NCBI GenBank assembly: GCA_041649115.1
Contig: JBAZNT010000003.1
Coordinates: 13,274 to 77,273, forward strand
Source: Candidatus Omnitrophota bacterium
GTDB lineage: Bacteria > Omnitrophota > Gorgyraeia > Gygaellales > Profunditerraquicolaceae
Direction: 5' to 3'
Length of the DNA: 64,000 nt
Shown: positions 57,085-63,291 of the stretch, one piece after another
How positions within the stretch are numbered: position 1 is the first letter of the stretch
Layout of the letters: the number at the start of each line of letters is the position of its first letter
Position numbers and translations under genes: made by a program
Notes under the pieces: generated by a model
Told to the model about the DNA's origin: nothing
Databases searched by the model: none
The model's input: only the letters and a program-made list of their open reading frames with translations

Positions 57085-57105
57085 ACAAAAAGATTGGTGA
57101 AGAAT

Positions 57106-57192
57106 TGTATTTTAAAAGAGCGCCGCCTCAATTTTTCGACGGAAGGTACCTTCCGTCCTGTCCTTGAAGCAGCACCATATCACTCTTGGTGG
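57106..57192. repeat. Right copy of the 87-bp perfect inverted repeat (IR-R)
   Basis: See IR-L. The palindrome lies at 57138-57157. IR-R is embedded in a 54-codon plus-strand ORF (57082..57246) that duplicates the recombinase C-terminal peptide. Confidence 0.95.
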
Positions 57193-57264
57193 TCCTTACT
57201 GGATAAGGTTAGAACCTGTCTCCAGCAGAACCTAAGTAAAATTTAATCTATATCAATAGGCACC

Positions 57265-57570
57265 GCCGCTTGGGCGGCTCCCGTATCTCCCATGCACCGT
57301 TCGCCCCGCTTGGGAGCGGGGCTCACTTGGCGTTCGCTTGACCGCTCACTTCTTGCTAATTTTAAAGCGTGTTCGGTTCGTCTGCGGCTGGCGGCTGGGT
57401 GCGGGCAGCCGCCAGCCGCTTGCGTCCAAATCAAGTATCTAAAAAAGAACGGTTGTCCGCTTAGCGCCTGTGCTACATTAAAAAACTACTCTGGACGGCG
57501 CTATGCCGAGCCTCTCGCGAATAACGCTTGAGGAGCGCAGGCAAAATTTTGGTGCGGGCAAAATTTTGCC
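57265..57570 (+). other. GC-rich structured noncoding region with four hairpins (candidate ncRNA, att/ori-type site or operator array)
   Basis: The four hairpins are at 57265-57278, 57303-57322, 57384-57419 (14-bp stem) and 57540-57570 (11-bp stem). The only ORFs here are low-complexity. Confidence 0.4.
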
Positions 57571-57683
57571 AAAAGAAAACCGATATTTCAAGGGGCAGAA
57601 TTTGGTTTATTTTTGATGAATTTGTTATATAATATAACTTGCAGGTAATTGTTGTATATGGCTATTACTATAATACTATATCT

Positions 57684-57899
57684 ATGAATAAAGTCAAGTC
57701 CCTATTATCTGTAAATATTAAAAAATTAAGAAAACAAAAGAAACTTTCACAGGATAAACTTGCTAGATTAGCAGATATTCCCTACAATACGCTTATAAAA
57801 ATTGAATCGAGCAGGTCAATTAATCCTACTTTTGAAACACTTTCTAAATTGGCTGATGCTTTAGATGTTTCTTTAGACGAATTGACTGGAAGAAGATGA
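57684..57899 (+). CDS. XRE-family helix-turn-helix transcriptional regulator
   Basis: 71 aa from ATG 57684. LRKQKKLSQDKLARLADIPYNTLIKIESSRSINPTFETLSKLADAL is the classic Cro/C1-type HTH. Confidence 0.85.
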   Translation: MNKVKSLLSVNIKKLRKQKKLSQDKLARLADIPYNTLIKIESSRSINPTFETLSKLADALDVSLDELTGRR

Positions 57900-57960
57900 T
57901 AATCTAATGAGTAATAGCCACGAAAGGTGGCAGATGAACGCAAGAATACTTACATTTTAA

Positions 57961-57996
57961 AGGCAACTCTCTAAAAAATAGGAGTTGCCTTTTTTG
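57961..57996 (+). terminator. Rho-independent terminator after the XRE gene
   Basis: AGGCAACTC (57961-57969) pairs with GAGTTGCCT (57982-57990), followed by TTTTTT. Confidence 0.75.
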
Positions 57997-58010
57997 ATTA
58001 AGGAGGATTT

Positions 58011-58199
58011 ATGTTTAGATTAATCTGGGCCATTATATATTTACCCATCGCTTTGTTTAAAACTATATTTCAGTATACAGTTGGTATTACATGCGTTAGA
58101 TGCGGCGCCCACACGAGAGATTTTAGTGTAGCTAGAAATGGTCTCACATATTGTAGAAATTGCTGGATTAAAGAAACAGGCAAGATAACCACAATCTAA
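58011..58199 (+). CDS. Small membrane-anchored zinc-ribbon protein
   Basis: 62 aa with an AAGGAGG SD, an N-terminal TM helix and then CVRC...CRNC. Confidence 0.6.
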   Translation: MFRLIWAIIYLPIALFKTIFQYTVGITCVRCGAHTRDFSVARNGLTYCRNCWIKETGKITTI

Positions 58200-58226
58200 A
58201 AGAGGTTACAACAAGAAGACTCCGAT

Positions 58227-58460
58227 ATGGGTGGTTTGATAAGTCTTATTATTTGTATTGTGGCGGCTAGCAGAGTTTACTCAAAGAGTATTATGATTTT
58301 TTGGATTGCTATTATTGTTGCAATAGCAAATTTTTGGTCTTTTGGAGTGATGTATAATTTCAGAGATAATCCAAATATGGCTCCAGATTTCTGGACAAGA
58401 GTAAACATGATTACGACATTTATTGGTATCGGAGTCCTTATTTTTTCATTTTTTAAATAA
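58227..58460 (+). CDS. Small 2-3 TM membrane protein
   Basis: 77 aa, hydrophobic, in the same operon. Confidence 0.5.
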   Translation: MGGLISLIICIVAASRVYSKSIMIFWIAIIVAIANFWSFGVMYNFRDNPNMAPDFWTRVNMITTFIGIGVLIFSFFK

Positions 58461-58488
58461 GTATAAGGCAAGAAAAGAGGGAGTAATT

Positions 58489-59442
58489 ATGGACGCGAGG
58501 CGCCGTTTTGTAGAAGTTTTATCAAAATTTTGGTGGATTATTGCTATATTGCTCATCGGTGGCGCAATATTTACAAAAGTCGCAATATTTAAATATATAG
58601 TTTTTGTTATAGCAATTCCTTTCTTGATTTTTTTATTTTTACCTTTCTTTATTCAGTTATTTGCGCCTGCATTTTTCTTATTTTCTTCGCTGGTTAGTCA
58701 TTTCAAGGAAGCAAAAAATATGCCGCTTGGGAAGAAATATATCTTTATTCCGATGGCTTTGTTATCAGTGGTTGTTTTTATTCTTGCTCAAACAGTACTT
58801 TCAATATGGGTTTTTATTGTGAGTTTCATTACTTGGGCCGATTTAATAGGAGCCTTTCTAGCTACCTTGCTAATATTTTTCTTTGGTTTAGCACCATTGG
58901 CGATCTTGACAGCGCCATTTGTATTATGGATTAGGGGAGGATTGTCGATTTTTCTGAATATTGGAATCTTCTTTCTAATGGCGCTTTTTTGGTATGGTCT
59001 TTCAAACTTAGCTTTATCAGAAAATTATTATTCTTCTACTCCGGAAGACTATTTAGGATATTCTCCCCAAACTTTTTTGTTAGGCGCACTCGCAACTCAA
59101 GTTCTTGCTTTGCCTCTTTACCAGTTTAAAGCTTTTCGAATAGGTGAATTAATTTCAGAAATAGGCGGATTAATCTTTCTTGGCCTAACAGTAATTGCCG
59201 CAATCAAATGGTTTATTATTAAAAAGGGTTTGGACAAAGATAAAAAACTGAGCCTGTATAAACCTTCAGTATGGGCATATATTTTAGGTTTTTTAATAAC
59301 CGATTTTCTCTATGCAATTTTTAATTCTCATCAAATCAGTACAACAGTTTTAATGTGGTTAAACTTATTTTTTGCATTTGCTTTAATCGGTAGATTTATA
59401 GGTTTTATTCAAAGGAAATTAGTGAGACAAGAAGCCTTATAG
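58489..59442 (+). CDS. Polytopic membrane protein (about 9-10 TM), no recognisable family
   Basis: 317 aa from ATG 58489, which follows GGGAG. The track ORF starts at 58423. Confidence 0.6.
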   Translation: MDARRRFVEVLSKFWWIIAILLIGGAIFTKVAIFKYIVFVIAIPFLIFLFLPFFIQLFAPAFFLFSSLVSHFKEAKNMPLGKKYIFIPMALLSVVVFILAQTVLSIWVFIVSFITWADLIGAFLATLLIFFFGLAPLAILTAPFVLWIRGGLSIFLNIGIFFLMALFWYGLSNLALSENYYSSTPEDYLGYSPQTFLLGALATQVLALPLYQFKAFRIGELISEIGGLIFLGLTVIAAIKWFIIKKGLDKDKKLSLYKPSVWAYILGFLITDFLYAIFNSHQISTTVLMWLNLFFAFALIGRFIGFIQRKLVRQEAL

Positions 59443-59462
59443 TAAAAATGGGAGGGGAATAA

Positions 59463-60419
59463 ATGAAAAATATTCTTCCGGCGCCCCCAATCGAGATAAC
59501 CAGGACGATTAAAGAGAAGATTTTTATTATTTCGTGGACATGGTTTTTACTCATTTTCGTTTATCAAGGAATCTTCTATGGATTTATTGATGAGCTTAAC
59601 CAAAGTGGAAAAATAAATTTTGGGAGTGAATTTAGTCCTTATCATCTAGTTTGGGGAGATCACATTTTCCCGAACATTCTTAAGATTATTATTGATGCTG
59701 CTATTGCTTTGCTTGGAGGAATTACGGTTGGATATTTATTGACTAGAGCAAGGATAACATTTAAATTCTTCTATTCATTCTTTAGCTCTATACTCCAGAT
59801 TTTTTTCTTTGTTTTCATCATGCTATTAATTTTTGCCTTAATTGCAAAAGAGCGCATTGAAGGAAACATGGGGATGGGGTTGTTTTATATTCTTGAATCA
59901 TTTCGCTTGCAGCCTTTTTATGCTACTGTTCTTTTAGTCGGCTTAACTACTATTTTCTTTGGCTATTATTTTGGTATTAATGTAGGTATGCGTCTTAAGG
60001 AAGAAAATTATTTTGATACTGATACTCAAGCCCGCAATACCTTTTTAGATATTAAATGGTATCATTGGCTTTGGTTTTGGATTCCGGTAGGCATATATTT
60101 AAAAATTATTCTATGGATAATCTTTAATTCGATTATCGCAGTTTTTGAAGCAATTAAAAAATGGAAAATACTTGAGATTTTTGGTATTTATACGGCAGAT
60201 AGACTAAAAGAGCCGCCTCGTTCGATTGGAGATATTCTATGGTGGGGATTTTTGTTTGCAATAGCTTTTTTCTTCCAGTTAAAGTTCATATGGGATATAC
60301 TTACCGGAAGAAAAAAATTCAAAAATAAATTTGTTTCTTTTATTCTTGTGTTTCTTTTTAGTTTTATCACGCCATTTATTATTATGCTGATACTTTATTG
60401 GTTAGGGCACAGAAAATGA
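59463..60419 (+). CDS. Polytopic membrane protein (about 8 TM), no recognisable family
   Basis: 318 aa with a GGGAGGGG SD. Its stop overlaps the next start as ATGA. Confidence 0.6.
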   Translation: MKNILPAPPIEITRTIKEKIFIISWTWFLLIFVYQGIFYGFIDELNQSGKINFGSEFSPYHLVWGDHIFPNILKIIIDAAIALLGGITVGYLLTRARITFKFFYSFFSSILQIFFFVFIMLLIFALIAKERIEGNMGMGLFYILESFRLQPFYATVLLVGLTTIFFGYYFGINVGMRLKEENYFDTDTQARNTFLDIKWYHWLWFWIPVGIYLKIILWIIFNSIIAVFEAIKKWKILEIFGIYTADRLKEPPRSIGDILWWGFLFAIAFFFQLKFIWDILTGRKKFKNKFVSFILVFLFSFITPFIIMLILYWLGHRK

Positions 60420-61273
60420 ACACAACAGGCCTGCAGTGTCCATACTGCCATATCCCTCTTTCTGTTACTAGCAAGAGCTTAGAAAATAAGCGAGTATCTT
60501 TGCGTTGTAAATTTTGCTATGGAATTTTTTCTTTCATGCCTTACGATAAACGTATTATTTTCAGCAAAAATAGAAATTACTATGAAGTTTTCGGGTTAGA
60601 TAAAAGTGTAGATCTAGACACCGTAAAGAGTCGTTTTCGAGAATTAGTTTTAAAATTCCACCCAGATAGGCGAAGTGATATAGATTTTGCCACTGAGAAG
60701 ATGAAGCAAATTAATTGCATTTATTCAGTTCTTGGCGATAAAACACTCAGGCAAGAATACGATGCGGCTTTGGGGTTTAAGGAGGAATTCGAAAACGTCT
60801 ATTCAAATTATGAGCCACCGCATTATATCTATCAAGATTCGATAGAGATTATTGATGCTGTAGGATTAAATGTAATTATTAAAATTGGAGAGTACATTTA
60901 TTTTCCAGCTGAACGGTATCTTTCAATATTTGGCAAGAGGTTTAAGCTAAAAGGGAAGGATTACGTAGGGGTAAAAGTACAAAAGATTTTTAACCCTAAA
61001 TACAAAAATGAATATGAAAAAGTATTGCGGAAAAATCTGGAACGGGAACCCCTCTTTAGTATAAATTTTGGAAATGAAGAAATGATTATTTTTAAGGAGG
61101 ATTTTCAAACAATCTGGATTAGCCAGAAATCACTAAACAAAAAAGATATAAAGACAGTTATTATTTCAGTGTCCGTAATCATTCTGCTCATTGTGCTTGG
61201 ATTGGTCCATCTTTATCGAACTTACACTTTGGATATGAATGATAAAGACGAACTCGAAGTTATACGAAAATAA
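60416..61273 (+). CDS. Zinc-ribbon / J-domain / C-terminal TM-anchor protein (DjlC-like architecture)
   Basis: 285 aa. It has CPYC...CKFC, then a J domain NYYEVFGLDKSV...LKFHPDR (HPD at 60659-60667), an unknown beta-rich middle region and a C-terminal helix TVIISVSVIILLIVLGLVHLY. Confidence 0.8.
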   Translation: MNTTGLQCPYCHIPLSVTSKSLENKRVSLRCKFCYGIFSFMPYDKRIIFSKNRNYYEVFGLDKSVDLDTVKSRFRELVLKFHPDRRSDIDFATEKMKQINCIYSVLGDKTLRQEYDAALGFKEEFENVYSNYEPPHYIYQDSIEIIDAVGLNVIIKIGEYIYFPAERYLSIFGKRFKLKGKDYVGVKVQKIFNPKYKNEYEKVLRKNLEREPLFSINFGNEEMIIFKEDFQTIWISQKSLNKKDIKTVIISVSVIILLIVLGLVHLYRTYTLDMNDKDELEVIRK

Positions 61274-61274
61274 A

Positions 61275-61592
61275 ATGAACCAAAGAAAGTCTTTTATGGT
61301 ACCTTTGCTTATCGCAAATATTGTTATGCTATTCTTAGCTCTATTTCCAGGTTGGCCTTATGGATATTATACCCTTTTAAGGCTGGTAGTCTTTGTTACT
61401 AGTTGCTTGATTACTATAGCAGCGTATAAAATGCAGCAACAAGGTTGGGTAGTTGGAGCAGGGATAATTGCCTTATTGTTTAATCCATTTATTCCTGTAC
61501 ATCTGGATAAGGCAACTTGGAGAATTTTAGATCTTATAGTAGCATTTATTTTTGCGATACTCTTATTTAAAATTAAGGCAAAAAATGATTAA
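61275..61592 (+). CDS. Small 3-TM membrane protein
   Basis: 105 aa from ATG 61275. It starts 1 nt after the J-protein stop and overlaps the Hsp70 start by 8 nt. Confidence 0.55.
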   Translation: MNQRKSFMVPLLIANIVMLFLALFPGWPYGYYTLLRLVVFVTSCLITIAAYKMQQQGWVVGAGIIALLFNPFIPVHLDKATWRILDLIVAFIFAILLFKIKAKND

Positions 61593-63249
61593 TTCAATAC
61601 CTATTGGGATTGATCTTGGTACTTCAAATTCTGCAGTTGCATATTTTGATGGTAGCATACCTAAGATTATTCCAAATGCATTCGGTGAAACTACCACCCC
61701 TTCCAAAGTAATTCTTTTGCAAGATGGCAAATATTGCGTAGGTAGGGATGCTGCTAATCACGTAGAACGTTATGAGTGCCAAAATTTTACTACTGGTTCA
61801 GTCAAAAGGCTGATGCATGAATGCTATGGGTTTGTTATAAATAACAAAAGATTCTACCCGCAAGTAATTTCTGCGTTAATTCTAGCAAAGCTAAAACGGC
61901 AAGCCGAGGAATTTCTGAAGACAAAAATAGATGAGGCTGTTATATGTATTCCATGCAATTTTGGAGTGATTCAGAGGTTCGCTACGATAGAGGCGGCTGA
62001 GATGGCTGGCTTTAGAGTCCTTCGCATGGTGAATGAAGCTTCAGCTGCTGCTGTCGCATTCAGTTTCCTATCCCGTGAGGGCTATCAAGAAAAAGAATTA
62101 ATATTCGATTTAGGGGCAGGAACGCTTGACCTATCAATTATAGAATATGCACAGGGAGTTGTTGAAGTAAAAGCAACCGAAGGAATCGAGTTTTTAGGTG
62201 GAGACGATTTTGATAACAGAATAATAAAATACATTATTGAAGAAACCAAGAAATCACAAGGGTTTGATCCGATAGAAGATCAACGATGGGATTGGCATCA
62301 TATAGCCAAGTTACGCCTAAAAGAGGCAGCAGAAAAAGCAAAAATCGATTTATCTTCACAGGACACAGCTAGAATATATGTTCCATATATAAGAAATATT
62401 CTTGGGAAAACCCAACATATTGATTTAGAACTTAGTTACTCTGTTTTTGAGGCGATATGCGGAGATTTAATTAATGATATATTAGAGCAGACTGATAAAG
62501 TATGTAAATCTGGTAGGTTTGATTTTAATAAGTTCGTTTTTACTGGTGGAGCAAGCAAAATTAAATGCTTAAGAGATAAAATTACGACTAGATATAAGGG
62601 TTTGAGATTTTTGAACCGAGAAAAAGAGTTAGTTGCTTTAGGAGCTTCTCTGTGTGCAGCAACAATACGCGGAAACATTAAAGATTTACTCATATTGGAT
62701 TGTACTGGAAAATCTATAGGGATGGGATTGAAAGATGATAAGTATCAAGTAATTATATCTAAGAATAGCACTATTCCTATAAAAAAGAAGGATGTATTCA
62801 CTACGACAGAAGATAATCAAAAATATATAAAAGTCTCTGTGTATGAGGGGGAAAATGGAAAAGCAAGTGCAAATAGAAAAATTATGGATTTGGAGCTTGG
62901 GCCTTTAGATAATGAAAAAGCAGGGGTTCCCAAAGTTGAAGTTACTTTTGATATTGATGCCAATAATGTTTTAAACATTAATGCTGCTCAACTAGAAGGA
63001 GAAACAGAAGTAGAAGAAGAGGTAAATAAAGTTGTTCCAGCAGAGCAGCCTTTTAGGGAAAAATTAAAATTTTGGAAAGAGGCACCAACGAAGGTCGTAA
63101 GAGTTAGAGAGAAAGTTAAACATGCAACTTCTGGTAAAGATTTACAGAAAATTAATTTAGCATCACCTTATATAAACCTCGACTCTAAAGTTAAGGGCAG
63201 AATCAAAGAATTGCTTAATCCCAATATTAATAAATTCCATGAGAATTAA
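61585..63249 (+). CDS. Hsp70-family ATPase with beta-sandwich substrate domain and short lid (HscC-like)
   Basis: 554 aa from ATG 61585. Motifs are IGIDLGTSNSAVA, NEASAAAVAF, DLGAGTLDLSII, GGDDFD, linker LLILDCTG, and the SBD-beta sequences NSTIPIKKKDVFTTTEDNQ and VEVTFDIDANNVLNINA. Only about 90 aa follow the beta domain. Confidence 0.9.
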   Translation: MINSIPIGIDLGTSNSAVAYFDGSIPKIIPNAFGETTTPSKVILLQDGKYCVGRDAANHVERYECQNFTTGSVKRLMHECYGFVINNKRFYPQVISALILAKLKRQAEEFLKTKIDEAVICIPCNFGVIQRFATIEAAEMAGFRVLRMVNEASAAAVAFSFLSREGYQEKELIFDLGAGTLDLSIIEYAQGVVEVKATEGIEFLGGDDFDNRIIKYIIEETKKSQGFDPIEDQRWDWHHIAKLRLKEAAEKAKIDLSSQDTARIYVPYIRNILGKTQHIDLELSYSVFEAICGDLINDILEQTDKVCKSGRFDFNKFVFTGGASKIKCLRDKITTRYKGLRFLNREKELVALGASLCAATIRGNIKDLLILDCTGKSIGMGLKDDKYQVIISKNSTIPIKKKDVFTTTEDNQKYIKVSVYEGENGKASANRKIMDLELGPLDNEKAGVPKVEVTFDIDANNVLNINAAQLEGETEVEEEVNKVVPAEQPFREKLKFWKEAPTKVVRVREKVKHATSGKDLQKINLASPYINLDSKVKGRIKELLNPNINKFHEN

Positions 63250-63291
63250 TTAGAAAATCTACAAGTGCAATAGTTTTGTGGAGAATAGGAA

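Noticed and set aside
57082-57246. 54-codon plus-strand ORF as an independent gene
   Set aside because: Its sequence is explained by the inverted duplicate of the recombinase 3' end (IR-R). It has no SD, so I interpret it as part of the repeat structure rather than a separate gene.
57243-57531. Two overlapping ORFs (63 aa minus, 79 aa plus) in the spacer after the recombinase
   Set aside because: The translations are Arg/Ala/Gly/Pro-rich and low-complexity. The DNA is better explained by four GC-rich hairpins, and neither ORF has an SD.
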